From Cladosporium halotolerans (taxonomy: Eukaryota), in contig NW_027191471.1 of NCBI RefSeq assembly GCF_011745625.1, positions 62,001-126,000 of the forward strand: DNA of 64,000 bases, written 5' to 3'. Shown here one piece after another: positions 1 to 11,538 of the stretch. The translations under genes and the position numbers were made by a program. How positions within the stretch are numbered: the first letter of the stretch is position 1; each line of letters begins with the position of its first letter. The notes beneath the pieces are model-generated. The model saw only the letters and a list, made by a program, of their open reading frames with translations, did not search any database and was not told where the DNA came from.

Positions 1-674
1 TCGATGGTGTGATCGTTTTTTGCTTACCCTTCCAGATGTGCAAGTCGACAATGAGCAGACGCAGTTTGTCATTACGGTCGGTCTGTTCATACACTTCAGT
101 TGCCAAGCCGGTCGGGTAGCGATCCTGGTGATGAAGAATCAGCTTGACGTGTCGCCTGACAGCTCACACGATCTGATTTCTTTACCGATTCAGTCACCTT
201 CTCGATGATCCCCTCCACGACCGCATTGCAGAACCTCTCATCCCTCAAATCTAGTCCCAGGAGGTAAGCATGAGCCAGGCGCATCCATTCACGATCCTCA
301 TGAATCTCGGTGTCACCATTGTCTGCATGATCCTGATCGCTATCGGCGTGGTGGCTGAAAAGCTTGCCAGTGTACAAGAACAGGCGGTAGATTTCGAAGG
401 TTTCGTGGATAGCATTGTTGCCTTCCACGAGGTAGATGCGCTGCTGCTGCGCTCTTTCGTCGAGGATCGCGCGTGTCTTTTCTGGAAGCAAAGCTGTATG
501 GACCGTGAAGAGATCCCGCTGCAGCCCAACGAAGATGAAGAGCACGTGGGTTTGGAGGCTGGGAGAGGATGTCAGACGATGGTCCTATGGTAACGAGGAT
601 TCGAGAGCCGGTTGATACCCCGGGGCGAGAGAGTAGGACAGGCGAATGGTTGGTTTGACCGGAAAGTTAGGCAT
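1..674 (-). CDS. Fungal BTB/POZ-like domain protein (3' end runs off window)
   Basis: ATG 674; intron ~618-559 (GTATCA..CTGAC..CAG) joins in frame to 'LFIFVG..FTVH..FEIYRLFLYTG..LAHAYLLG...D..FCNAVVE', the pattern of fungal BTB proteins; a further exon DRYPTGLATEVYEQT..LRLLIVD is followed by a GTAAGC donor near 28. Confidence 0.7.
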
Positions 675-1179
675 GGTATCGCTGGAGTGAGCGATGTCTG
701 CTTTGTTCTTCTTGAGCTTGATAAGTACACCCGTAGGCTCGCTGCCTGTGGCTTGTCTCTTGCGGCGGCCTGGCGGCATGCTAGCAGTGGCCCAGGTAAG
801 GTTGTTGGCTTGGTTCTTGTGTTTGACTCGCTCGAGCACGACGGAAGGGAAGAGAAGAAACAAAGAATCCTCAATCTGATAATCACGTGCAATATGGACA
901 CTGGTCATGTGAAGCATGTCGTTCTTGGCCTGCACGTGAATGCCACCTGTGCAGGGACACATGACCTATGGGTGATGCTGATACTGGTGACGCAAGGGTT
1001 GTGCTTGTCTATGATCTGGCTCCTCTAGCATCACGGTAGAAAACAGAGAACATGATACAGAATCGCCTCAAACATGAAGCGCTTCCAAGAAGGACCGTTG
1101 GCAGCCGATCTGTGAGAGAAATCTTCAGTTGTGCTCTGACCGCATGGAGTTCTGTATTTGCCTCCAGCAGCTAGCATGT

Positions 1180-4100
1180 TTATACATTCTTCATCTTCTG
1201 TATTTCCCGCAATGCCCTTTTCATGCCACCGAGCCTGGCCTTCTCCTTGACGATTGTCTCTCTGGCCAGCTTTCTCAGCATCTCTTTCCCAACCTTAACA
1301 TGCTCCTCCTGCCATCCCGCGAGTTCGCTCGCAACAGTCTGTTGCGTGTACCTCAACTCACATCCCAACGCTTCCATCTCTTTACGAGCTTTGTTTGCTT
1401 TGCTCCAAGCTTCCTGCGCAGCGGCTTTCTTGGTGTCTTCGAACATACCAAGATTCGGCGTCCAGCGGTTGCTGCGAGATAGCGAGTTCTGAGAGCGAGC
1501 GATGACGCGTTGCGACTGTTCCATAGATCCGATGAGGGTAGCAGGACGGTCGAGCGCGTTTTGTATCGCCGTTGAGGTGCTATGGATTGAATGCAAAGTG
1601 TAGTAGAAGCCCGCCATAGGGTTTGCCTCTGACAGGACAAGTGTGCGGGAGTAGCGTTCGAACGCCGTGATGTGGGGTTGTGGGAGGAAGACGAGAGTTG
1701 AAATAGCGTTTGAAGCGATGTGCGCAGACTCCATCAAGTCCACTTGCCGCATGCGGTATTGGTTCACGGTCCGGATTGCCCGCCGTGTGGTGCTTGTCAC
1801 GCCCTTGACTTGCTCGCGCGCATAGGCGACGAAATTGGAGACTTCCAGAGTATCTGTCACTGGCTCATATTCGTCTTTGATGTTGTCAACCCGAGACTCT
1901 GCCTTGCGTTTGCTGCGCTCAAGAAGCATTTCGCCATTGACTTCAGGTACCAAGAAAAACTCCCAAACAAGCTCATGGGTGGAGAAAGTGGCGTGTGTGA
2001 GCAGATTCTGGAAGAAGTTATTGAGGCGCAGCTGAGTATCTCTGAGAAGAGCTCTGGAAGGCTTTCCCGGAATGAGGAAAGGTGACGTGAGGTTGAACTG
2101 CGTCGGTAGCCACGACGCCGGACACTCGATTTGAAGCCATTTGGATAGATTGGCAAAGTCTTCCGGGGTGCGTCTGCACGTGTTCACAGTAATGCTCCCG
2201 TTAGGATTCTTCGCTCCCGATTTGAGGACCAGCCTCACTGTAGCGTCTTCCACAAAGAACGATCGGACGATCACGGTAATCCTGTCAACATTGGCGTGTG
2301 GAACTTGAAGCATCACCAAGTCGTCGAATCTGTTTCGGACGTCGTCGTCCTTTGCGAGCTCCACAGCTGTCAATCCGCGAAGATCTCTTAGAGTCATGTC
2401 AGTTCTTGGGTCACCAAATAACACACGAACCAAATCTAGTCGGCCGTATTTGCTGCCAACCATCAATGGAGTGAACCGCTTGTCGTTTTGCGCGTTGACA
2501 TCAACATCGGAGCTACGCAGCAACTTGGAAGTGATGCTCGTGTCATTGATGATGTGCAGAAGCGTGTTGCCCTTCGCATCGACATGATCATCATGATGCA
2601 GAGGTTGGCCATCGCCCTGGGTGTCGGTAGCCAGCGATAACGAGGTGCTGATCATGGATTGGTACTGATCATGATCATACGATCGTGACAGTGCGAACAG
2701 AGGTGTTTGACCGTTCTTATCTTTTTGTCGCCAGGGCAGTTTTGTGCCGAATCGATCTATTAACACCGGCATGTTGAAGAGGTAGTGTGCAACGCAACGC
2801 CCTTTGTTGTCTTGCACGGCGAGATACTGCCGGAGCTGGTCGTCTGACACATTTCGTTCGAGATAGCGCAAAAGTTCCTCCGTTACAGCAAGGCTGCCGG
2901 TCTGGACAGCTGCACTTAGGAGTGTTGAGCCTTCGTTGTTGACATCACTCAGAACACTTTCAGCTCTGAGATTAGCGGGCAAGCTCAGGAGGAAAGCAAG
3001 CGCATTTTTCTGGCGCGCCTCAATGGTCATCATTAGCACGGAGTTTCCGTCAGCATCTTGTGTTTGAGCCAACGTCTCAACAGACATGTCACCGTCGACA
3101 CCCGAGCTTGCCATGGAGTCTACACTCTTCGTCCGTGAGTGCGATCTGGACGAAGTGGTCGACGACTGAGATAGGCTACGAGGTGCCAAAGAGACACGTT
3201 TTGGCTTTTTCGTTACTGGCTGTTCAGGCGGTGGCGTTGGCGGCTTCTGGAACGGGAAAACATGCTGCAAAGACCCTCCAACAGCCGCAAAGTCTGCTTC
3301 TGGAGCCTGCGACAGCAGATCATGAGCCTGAGTCTCATCAGTGGGATCGAGCTCGAAAGAGGTGTCTTGCTCGTCGGTAGATTCTTCGCCAACAAGAGCC
3401 GATTCTGCCATTGAATCATCCTCCATCAGCGAGACGTCTGGCTGTAATATCTTTTGCAGAGCTTGTATGTCCCCAACTTTTGCCGCATGCCACAGAGCTC
3501 TGTTCCTCTTGCTAGCTTTCCGGAGCATGTTCGACTCACTGGAAAGGTGAACCAACACTGCTTCCATCGTGGCAAGGGCGTAGCCTTGCTCTCCCGATTC
3601 GACTTCGTCGATGAAGATGAAGTATCGCATGTATAGCAGCCGTGCGTTCAGGTGGCGTACAGAACTGCGTATAACAACGATCAAAAGCATTGAGACCAAG
3701 ACATCGGCATTGATGGTGAGATTCGCTGGAGGCGTATCTTCGAATTGCTTGCCTTCGGCCGCTGGCGTCGATGCGGGCTCGGGAGCAGTGATCGCCTTCT
3801 GCGTTGAAAGAAGAATCTCCAACATTTCCTGCGGGCTACTGGCCACACCCATCTTCTTGAATACTTCCACTCCTTTGTCAAGCCTTAGAGCAAGTTCTCG
3901 CTTGCCTTGCATTCCCCGGTCTATAGGAATGCCGACCTGGGCAATGTCGATGTCGGCCATCTTTCTTATCTTGCTTTCCAGGCTTGCATCGTCCGGTTTC
4001 CTGACAGCGCAAACTTTTGGGAATAGTGTTTGGTCATGCACTTGTTCGATGATATATCGTTCAATCATGCGTTCAACGACAGGCCCGGTAAGCTCCGTGT

Positions 4101-5022
4101 TTGCACCCAAAAGGGACAGTTGTGTTTTGTCGACGCCCTGGAAGAGATCAATTGCCGCATTGACGGCGGCTTCTAGTGACATTCGAACGTTCTCCTCCTC
4201 CGGCTCCAGCTCTAGCGCTGTTGGGTGTATCATCGTGCTACCAGAAAGAGAACTCTTTACAGAGCGCACGGAACCATTGACTGACGGTGCTGAGCGCTGA
4301 GAGCTCATCGATGATCTCCTCGAGGAGCGTTCCCGCACAGGCTGATCGTTTGCCGCGACAAAATCCCTGATTATCCTTTCGAGGCCCCCGTGCATTTGCC
4401 GAGATATCATAGGGTATTGTATCAACAGCTCCCCAAAGTTTTTGATTGCCTTCTTTTTGGGAAAAGCATTGTTTGAAGTCGATGATGGGCCTGCGCCGTT
4501 AGACGCTTCTTCCAGTAGTTTCTTGCGCTCCTTGCTTGGTTCATCACTGATGACGGCGGGAATAATCGGAGTCGATTGAAAAGAGCCGATCAAGGGCCGA
4601 GAAATGTAGTAGACGAGCCATGGATGTCCATCATGTGTGTCTGCAAAATGCAGCGCATCAACTAGCAGCTGAGCCTGGTTGAGCGTCTTGAAGCCCTTGT
4701 TGCTGTACACGAAAGAATCCTTCACCACTACTGTACGCCCATTGACAGTACTGTATTGTTTTGCTTTTCCTTTTGGCTCTCGCACATTCTGACCGTTTGC
4801 TCCAACTGTCGGCGCTCCTCCGCCAGGCACCCGAATAACATGACTAGCAAGAAACTCTTCGGACCCAGCGAGCTCGGCAAAGGATACTCCAGTCTCGCGG
4901 TCCTTGGAGCTCAATAGTATCTCGGTAGTTGGGCATAGGAGGATGTGGTGGCTAGCCGGCTGGCATTGGGAGGGAAATGCGCTCTTGAAGAAAGCGCGCA
5001 GGAACGGGTTGAGTGCGGGCAT
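1180..5022 (-). CDS. VRL1: VPS9-domain Rab GEF with ankyrin repeats and PX(-BAR-like) C-terminus (Vrl1/UPF0507-like)
   Basis: 1280-aa ORF; VPS9 motifs 'INADVLVSMLLIVVIRS' and 'GEQGYALAT'; ankyrin repeats (GQTPLF, GNTLLH, FTPLM); PX-like 'CRRT..DF..L..WL..E.P.SWLP' and 'H.TFSTHELVWEFF'; helical C-terminus. Confidence 0.85.
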   Translation of the reverse strand: MPALNPFLRAFFKSAFPSQCQPASHHILLCPTTEILLSSKDRETGVSFAELAGSEEFLASHVIRVPGGGAPTVGANGQNVREPKGKAKQYSTVNGRTVVVKDSFVYSNKGFKTLNQAQLLVDALHFADTHDGHPWLVYYISRPLIGSFQSTPIIPAVISDEPSKERKKLLEEASNGAGPSSTSNNAFPKKKAIKNFGELLIQYPMISRQMHGGLERIIRDFVAANDQPVRERSSRRSSMSSQRSAPSVNGSVRSVKSSLSGSTMIHPTALELEPEEENVRMSLEAAVNAAIDLFQGVDKTQLSLLGANTELTGPVVERMIERYIIEQVHDQTLFPKVCAVRKPDDASLESKIRKMADIDIAQVGIPIDRGMQGKRELALRLDKGVEVFKKMGVASSPQEMLEILLSTQKAITAPEPASTPAAEGKQFEDTPPANLTINADVLVSMLLIVVIRSSVRHLNARLLYMRYFIFIDEVESGEQGYALATMEAVLVHLSSESNMLRKASKRNRALWHAAKVGDIQALQKILQPDVSLMEDDSMAESALVGEESTDEQDTSFELDPTDETQAHDLLSQAPEADFAAVGGSLQHVFPFQKPPTPPPEQPVTKKPKRVSLAPRSLSQSSTTSSRSHSRTKSVDSMASSGVDGDMSVETLAQTQDADGNSVLMMTIEARQKNALAFLLSLPANLRAESVLSDVNNEGSTLLSAAVQTGSLAVTEELLRYLERNVSDDQLRQYLAVQDNKGRCVAHYLFNMPVLIDRFGTKLPWRQKDKNGQTPLFALSRSYDHDQYQSMISTSLSLATDTQGDGQPLHHDDHVDAKGNTLLHIINDTSITSKLLRSSDVDVNAQNDKRFTPLMVGSKYGRLDLVRVLFGDPRTDMTLRDLRGLTAVELAKDDDVRNRFDDLVMLQVPHANVDRITVIVRSFFVEDATVRLVLKSGAKNPNGSITVNTCRRTPEDFANLSKWLQIECPASWLPTQFNLTSPFLIPGKPSRALLRDTQLRLNNFFQNLLTHATFSTHELVWEFFLVPEVNGEMLLERSKRKAESRVDNIKDEYEPVTDTLEVSNFVAYAREQVKGVTSTTRRAIRTVNQYRMRQVDLMESAHIASNAISTLVFLPQPHITAFERYSRTLVLSEANPMAGFYYTLHSIHSTSTAIQNALDRPATLIGSMEQSQRVIARSQNSLSRSNRWTPNLGMFEDTKKAAAQEAWSKANKARKEMEALGCELRYTQQTVASELAGWQEEHVKVGKEMLRKLARETIVKEKARLGGMKRALREIQKMKNV

Positions 5023-5593
5023 TCAGACAGGTACTCGGAGATCATTGAAGCCACTCGGACAGTGCAGGCTGTCAATGAAGGCTTGCTCGATCGAAGGTTG
5101 TTCGTGTTCTCGGCGTGCGATATTATGGCTTGCAAAACCGATTGAGCAGGCAGATCGCGGATAGGCGGAAGGTCGAGATAATTAGCGAGCAGCAAGATGG
5201 GCCGGCATCAAACAACGGCTGCAAGAAGCTAAAAGAAGGTTGTATAGAGTGAAACAAGAGGTGGAAGTGGCACTGGCGTGATTGTGGTGCGAAGTGGTCC
5301 GAATGACCCAAGAGATCGGTGGTTATGATGTACGGCACGGCTGCTGGCTGACGCTGGGCTGAACCCCGGACATGTGATTGCAGCTTGTCGCGTGGCGCGG
5401 TGATGGACGCCGCGGGCCGATCCTGCCGCGATGCAGACCCGCCTCCGGCGCCGGTGTTCGAACCTTGAAGGGTAACGACATCATCTCATTCACCGTGTCT
5501 AACCATTGATAGTTCTGTCGGGCATATACACATTTTAGGGGTCTAATTTTTTTCCAACTCACTAGCCGCGCCGTCGTTGAGGCCTCAGTAATA

Positions 5594-6226
5594 ATGGCGA
5601 CTCCAGACGAATTCTATCCGATAGACTGCCCGTTCTGCAAGATCGCAAATGCCTACCCTGCGGAAGCATCGCCCATTCCTCAGCATCCCGATCCAGATTT
5701 GATTTCTCCGCAGGCTCACGTTATTCTGTCAACACCGCACGTGATGGCTTTCCTTGACATCCTTCCAATGGCCCCCGGCCATATACTCTTGACGACGCGA
5801 GATCATTATCAGAAGGTATCAGACCTCTACAACCCAAACGCCGGGGCGGATTGGGCATCTCAACGGATCGCATCCAAAACTCGAGAAGACTCGAAAGCGA
5901 TCGGCGAATGGCTTCCACTAGTCTCCCGTGCTCTCTGTAAGACTACTGGGATAGAGGATTGGAACATAGTACAAAACAACGGCGAACGCGCGGCACAGGT
6001 TGTACCACATATACATTTCCACTTGATCCCAAGGTATCAGGAAGGGAGGCCAGAGATCGGAGGCAAGGGCAAGGTTGACTTCAACACTGTTAAGAGCTGG
6101 AGGATGTTTGGGCGCGGTACTCGTGAAGAGTTGGATGACGACGAAGCTAAGGTTATGGCTGCAAAATTGCGGGATGCGCTGCGCGCAGAGGTCCATAATG
6201 AGGAGATTGCGCGGTCGAAGCTCTAG
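5594..6226 (+). CDS. HIT (histidine triad) nucleotide-binding protein with C-terminal SKL
   Basis: N-terminal CPFCKI, 'AFLDILP.APGH.L', 'QNNG..AAQVVPHIHFHLIPR' HIT motif. Confidence 0.9.
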   Translation: MATPDEFYPIDCPFCKIANAYPAEASPIPQHPDPDLISPQAHVILSTPHVMAFLDILPMAPGHILLTTRDHYQKVSDLYNPNAGADWASQRIASKTREDSKAIGEWLPLVSRALCKTTGIEDWNIVQNNGERAAQVVPHIHFHLIPRYQEGRPEIGGKGKVDFNTVKSWRMFGRGTREELDDDEAKVMAAKLRDALRAEVHNEEIARSKL

Positions 6227-7058
6227 ACGCCTGAGATTCTTAACGCTTTCTCCTCGCATAATCAGTCGAACGACTCCGACTTCGCAGGGTTGCCCACGAG
6301 ATCGCAAAGGAACGCCTGCTTGACGATCTACCGGCCATGGTGCTTCGTAACGAAGAGTTCTCTGGGATTATCAGCACCATATTGCAAATCACTGCATGTG
6401 GCCAACATACGTCGTTTCGGTCATGGAAGCATCCACGACTACGTGGTCTGGTGTCTACGATCGTGAACAATATCGATCATACATTCAATCCTCTCGGCCG
6501 CCGTTCCTCTTTCATATGAGCCTACCTGCTTTTTTCTGAAGAGTCGAACTTACTGATTGCAGTAAGGATACTGCTACGAATGTTTGTCGGCTCGTTGAAC
6601 ATGTTCAGCTGAGAACAACTGTTTTCTAGCGGAATCTGTTTTCCCTCCCACACTCAGAACTTACTGGGACTGAGATGATGTGCACATGTCAATATCTTAC
6701 GTCCGATCACATTTCAGTTCAATCAGGTCTCCTGGTCTGGCTGCTGGTGATGCAATGTCGCCATCTCTCCGTAATGATCAAATTGTCAGTTTCTCTGATT
6801 AGATACATTGCGTTGAATGCTTTCCGCTCCGATGCCTGGCTAGAGCTGCCGAAATACCAGAGATCCTCGACCAGTGCGAATCGTCATCAATGCAACCGGG
6901 CGAATTCAATTGGACATGGACGCTGTCCATTGACGGACCGAACCATAGCTGACGGCAGAGTCACCGGAAGGTCTTCGGTTTAAACAAGACCTTTCGAAGA
7001 TCTTCTGGGACATGTCATCAAGAGAAGCAGCTCCGTCGTACGCTGCTGATGAACCAGC

Positions 7059-8144
7059 CTATTCCTTCGAGCATGGAAATTCGCAGCCTAAGGTGCCAGC
7101 AAAAGCTACGCCGGCCATACTTTCTGCCAGTGACTCCATCTTTTCGCCGCTCAAGGTAGTCAGTTTATCCTCAAGGTTACCGATGAGCCCCTGGTGCCTG
7201 CTACCTAGAACGGTCCCGAGTGACTTGACGATGGTTTTCATCGCATTCTGTTGCTCAAGTGTGCAAAACTTGTTGTCAAGAGAATCATCCCACAAGATGT
7301 ACGCGCTTTGAGATTCAGCAGTCAAATCGTCGACAAGGTGGCTGAAACTCTGGACGTCACTGCTTGTGCTATCAGAAGTCAGAAACGCTTGCTTGAGCTC
7401 TTGGTTCTGGACGAACCTGGGAGTGTCACTGCCTTTGGAATGGCAATTTCGAATGTGTTCTCTCAAGTGATCCTTTCGTTTGAACGGCTTGTTCCTCCCG
7501 CTTCTCCGGCAGTATTGGCAGTTAAAACTGTTCTCCTTGTGTTTCGCTTGGTGTCGCACAAAAGTGTCACGTCGGGAATACATCTTTCCGCAGCCAGTCT
7601 CTTCGCATCTCCACGATTTGTGAGACGATGTCTTTGTATGTCTCTCAAGATCCTGCAGGTTACGGAAAACCTCGTCACACTCCGAACATTTGCGTTTCTT
7701 GATGCCAGCATGATATTTCTGCTCATTCTCGGTGGGAGCAGGACTAATACCTGCATCATCGCTAGCGTATCGGACTCCTTGTGGCGTCCTCGCTAGATAT
7801 CGAAAGTCTGACGGTGACGTTCGCAGATGCTTTGCTCCATCAGACTCTTTTCGATCATCTGAGCTTGCGAAAATGTTCGAATGCAAGATTTCTGGCCCCT
7901 TGGAGCTCTCAGAATGTACCGGGTATGATTCATCAAATGAAGACGATAGGAACTCCTCGTGCAGTCCAGGCGAGTCCGATCTGACGTCGATTTCAGGAAA
8001 ATTCAATTGATAAAAGCCGGGCTCAAATTGGTACACTGGTGTCCCGTTTTGCCAGTTGCCGTGAGACCAAGAAGTATCGCTGTGTAGCAGCTCTCTTTGA
8101 AATGTGTTAGGGTCTTGCCGCCATTCGGGAGATTCGGCAGACAT
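7059..8144 (-). CDS. C2H2 zinc-finger protein (three fingers), putative transcription factor
   Basis: CSEC..F..L..H..H, CEETGC..Y.RRD..RH..H, CQYC..F.RKDHLREH...H; first ATG 8144; probable 48-nt in-frame intron 7416-7369. Confidence 0.8.
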   Translation of the reverse strand: MSAESPEWRQDPNTFQRELLHSDTSWSHGNWQNGTPVYQFEPGFYQLNFPEIDVRSDSPGLHEEFLSSSFDESYPVHSESSKGPEILHSNIFASSDDRKESDGAKHLRTSPSDFRYLARTPQGVRYASDDAGISPAPTENEQKYHAGIKKRKCSECDEVFRNLQDLERHTKTSSHKSWRCEETGCGKMYSRRDTFVRHQAKHKENSFNCQYCRRSGRNKPFKRKDHLREHIRNCHSKGSDTPRFVQNQELKQAFLTSDSTSSDVQSFSHLVDDLTAESQSAYILWDDSLDNKFCTLEQQNAMKTIVKSLGTVLGSRHQGLIGNLEDKLTTLSGEKMESLAESMAGVAFAGTLGCEFPCSKE

Positions 8145-10016
8145 TGTTTTTGGGATAATGTTGTGGTCGCAAAGACATTCTGGCACAAAAGAGAGGACGA
8201 CAAAGAGGCCTCAGCCTTGCACTTCTTGAGCGAGGCTCGGAGGAATCTCTGTCCACATGAGGTCCACAAATCAGGTCCGGGCCACCTATCGGCACTCCTA
8301 CTATTCTGGAACCCAACCTGTTTGTTTTGGCGGTGACGGGACGCCTGCAGCATATTCTTGGTGTCGCGTCGCGCTTGGTCCTACAGCAAAGGTGGGTGGC
8401 TCAAACGACCGCCTACAGTCATGCTTCGAAGACACATGTGAACCTGGCATGGGAACTCATGCCGCACCATCCGGTGAGGGTCATGAGATCAGCAAGATCG
8501 CTGCATGAGGCGTCGGCAGCTATCATGCAGACTCAAGGCCCCTGAGAATTTGATTGGTCTTTAGCAGCCACTTCAGCCGCTTCGCCAACAGCTGGTTCCC
8601 ACGGCAGGCAACAGGCAACAAAGGGCAACTTTCCACAGTACTCCTCTATTTATTAACGTAAAAATGAGTGGAAGATCGAATGATGCTGTCGCCACACGTG
8701 CTAAATTTTCTTTCATCGTTTTCCGCAGAAACGTCAGCCTTCCGAAAGGACGACGCACGCCTTCCTCACCGGTCCCTCAGGCATCGCATACCTGTCTGCC
8801 TGTTTTTGCGCACGAACCATCACCGAGGTGAACGCCCTTCGCGGCCGTCACATGCTCCACCGATGCTGACGGCCGCAGCTACTTCGCATACGGATCGGTC
8901 AATCAGAGGTGCAGTCGCCTCACCATGGCTTCCACTCAACGTACGCAGGATGCCTGATCGCGAGGCAAACTTTCGGTGACGTGGACCTATGGACGATGGG
9001 CACCGCCTTCTACTGCGGTCTGGGCAATCATCTCGCAGGCACCTGCAGCTGGGTTACCCTCCAGCTGACGTGGCTCCTCTCGCCAGCTTCCAGAATGACA
9101 AGAGGGGTACCTATGAGCAACGAATTGTTGGTCCTTGAGTTGGGCCGCAGAATCCTTCAAGAGCTAGGGGAAACCTGAGGATAATTGAGTGTGACTTTTG
9201 AAGCAGGTTGAAGACGTGGCGACCAACAACTGGACTGCCAAGCTTGCCGCTAGTTGTGTCGGGCAGAGTTGATCATGAGGCGCGATCCTTTTGTCTCAGA
9301 ATCTGGATTCGAATGGCCCGATACAATCGCAAGAGGACTCAAGTCATGACAATCGCCGACGGAAGGGCCAGGCTGCAAGGCTCCAAATGGCATCAAAGGA
9401 CACCAAGGGCCTCAATGGCATTCATCGCAGCAGCTCCCAATGCTAAATCCATTGGAGATACAGCTAATCTGCTCTACATGGGCTCTTCGAATGGTCTTGC
9501 TTTCTCGGAGGCTGTCGTCTTGGCAGTCTGCGAACCTCAGGCCACCTCGCCTAGGGAACAGAACGGCAGCGTCCTGCCCTGATGCTTCTGGATGCCTTGC
9601 ACATAGAGCTTTGTGCCGGTGCCCCGCGTCACCGTCCCCGGCCTCAGTTCGCTGGCTCATTCAATGCCGTGAAAACTGTTGATCGAGGGATATGAAAGCC
9701 AGCGATGTTGTCTGGATTCTGAAGCGCAGTGGACAGAAATCTCAGTGGCGGTACACGGCCCATCTGACGCTCTCACACCTCCTGCATGCTGTCGGTCCAA
9801 ATCTCTTAGACTTCCATATGCTGTCTGAAAAACAGGTTTTATGAAGCTTTTCGCCCTTCTCAGCTATCTCGCCGCCCGCACCCCGAGGACGCCGTGTTTG
9901 ATTTGCACCCGCGCTTCTCCTACCCCTCAGCTTCTTTCGCGTCCAGCGTCTTACTTCTTCACGCAAACTCTACCCACTTGCTCCACTTTCACGGTGCAGA
10001 TCCACTTCGCCGAAGC

Positions 10017-10841
10017 ATGCAGTCTCACAACCCCAGTGGCGGACGGAGCCTGAGCATCCGATACCACGAGAACCGAAGTGATTCACAGCGCTCTTCGCAC
10101 CCCGATCAGTACCTGGCCCAATACACCCCACCGTCTCACAGCAGGGCAGACCAGTCATCGCCCTACCACGATGGTGAGCATTCATGTCATATAACTGGCA
10201 TCTAGTGATACTGATAAGCCCCAGTTCAGAGACCTATGTCGCAATACGGTGCCTCGCCTCTCGAGCATAGAAGGCTGACGACACACATGCCATCCCAAAG
10301 CCCCAATCGCAGCCGAGGAAGTCAACTCGGGGCATCTTCGATGGGTATCCCATTGCACTCGACTGGACAGATCAATCAACAGCTCCAGGATCCAAGAATT
10401 CCTATTCGGCCATGGCAAGATCCTCGTGTCTTTGAGGAGATGGGCGGCTGGATCAACACACGTCTAGATCCTGCTAGCTATCCTCCCGCGCTCGAGTTAC
10501 CATCTTACGGATCAGAGTCCACGCCATCTCCCAGCGATGCTCGATCACAAAACGAGGTTGTTTACCACGCACACAGCGCTCCCTTCGGACGGCCTCAACA
10601 ACATCAACAGCGCCACGAGCCTGATGTCGCGAACGTCGCACACTTGAACGAAGGGCGCCTTGCTCATCGCCACGCTCACACGGCCGAGCTCGTCGATGCC
10701 GGTCACAGCAGCAGAAACGGTGTGCGCAGCACACAGCGCAGCCGTGACAGACGCAATAGACGACGAGATCAGCAAATCGAATCTCACGGTCGCCCAAGGG
10801 GCTACAGTCGACGCAATCGTGAAGAACAATTCTATGATTAA
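10017..10841 (+). CDS. Hypothetical low-complexity (S/Q/R/H-rich) protein, two exons
   Basis: ATG 10017; intron 10174-10224 (GTGAGC..CTGAT..CAG, 51 nt) joins exon 1 in frame to ORF 10236-10841; no recognisable domain. Confidence 0.55.
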
Positions 10842-11538
10842 GAGCAAAGCTCGGTACGACCAAGAGGTCTTGGCTCACCAACCGATGGACCGTGCCCAGC
10901 TATGCGAACGGGCTTTGGTACTGGCTTCCGGTATTCGCGGCGCTCTTCACGTTCGCCCCCGGCTCTGCATCGTCTCTACCGCATGGAAGGCCCGGGTGAA
11001 GCGTTCATCTGCAAGGTTCAATGACTTTGCGGGCACGTTCTTCACCCACCCCTAGCAAAAGTCAGCAGTTTCGCACGACCCATCCCAGGCTTCATTGTCA
11101 GGGCTGATCAAACATACAAAGTGTAGAAAGTTGGAGAGGTCGTTTTCTTCTACTCGCTTTCGCAAAATGTCGTTGTTATTCACTTGGTCTCGATTGCAAT
11201 GAAGTTTGCCCTATGCACAGACGCTTCTTTCTCCTTTCCATAGAGATGACGGGTCCACATTTAGATATATATATCTACCTTATTCATGTAGCCCCACATG
11301 ATGCACAATGCCGAGCCACGTGAGAGCCATGGCTTCCTTTGTCTCTCGGCCCACAGCCTCGCGTGAACTACACCCGGCTAAGTCGGATGTCACTTGCACC
11401 CTGCACTTCGACTATCTCTTCTGGGGCTCATTTGTACCGCGCATGTCTCTCAAACGGAACATCTCAACCTGAACACTCCAAGCTTTGCGATAGTACTACC
11501 GACACTTCCGCCAATCATTCAGCCACAGAAAAAGTGAC

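Noticed and set aside
8200..10000. Many short ORFs in a long spacer; possible transposon relic
   Set aside because: No domain motifs, terminal repeats or AT-rich RIP signature
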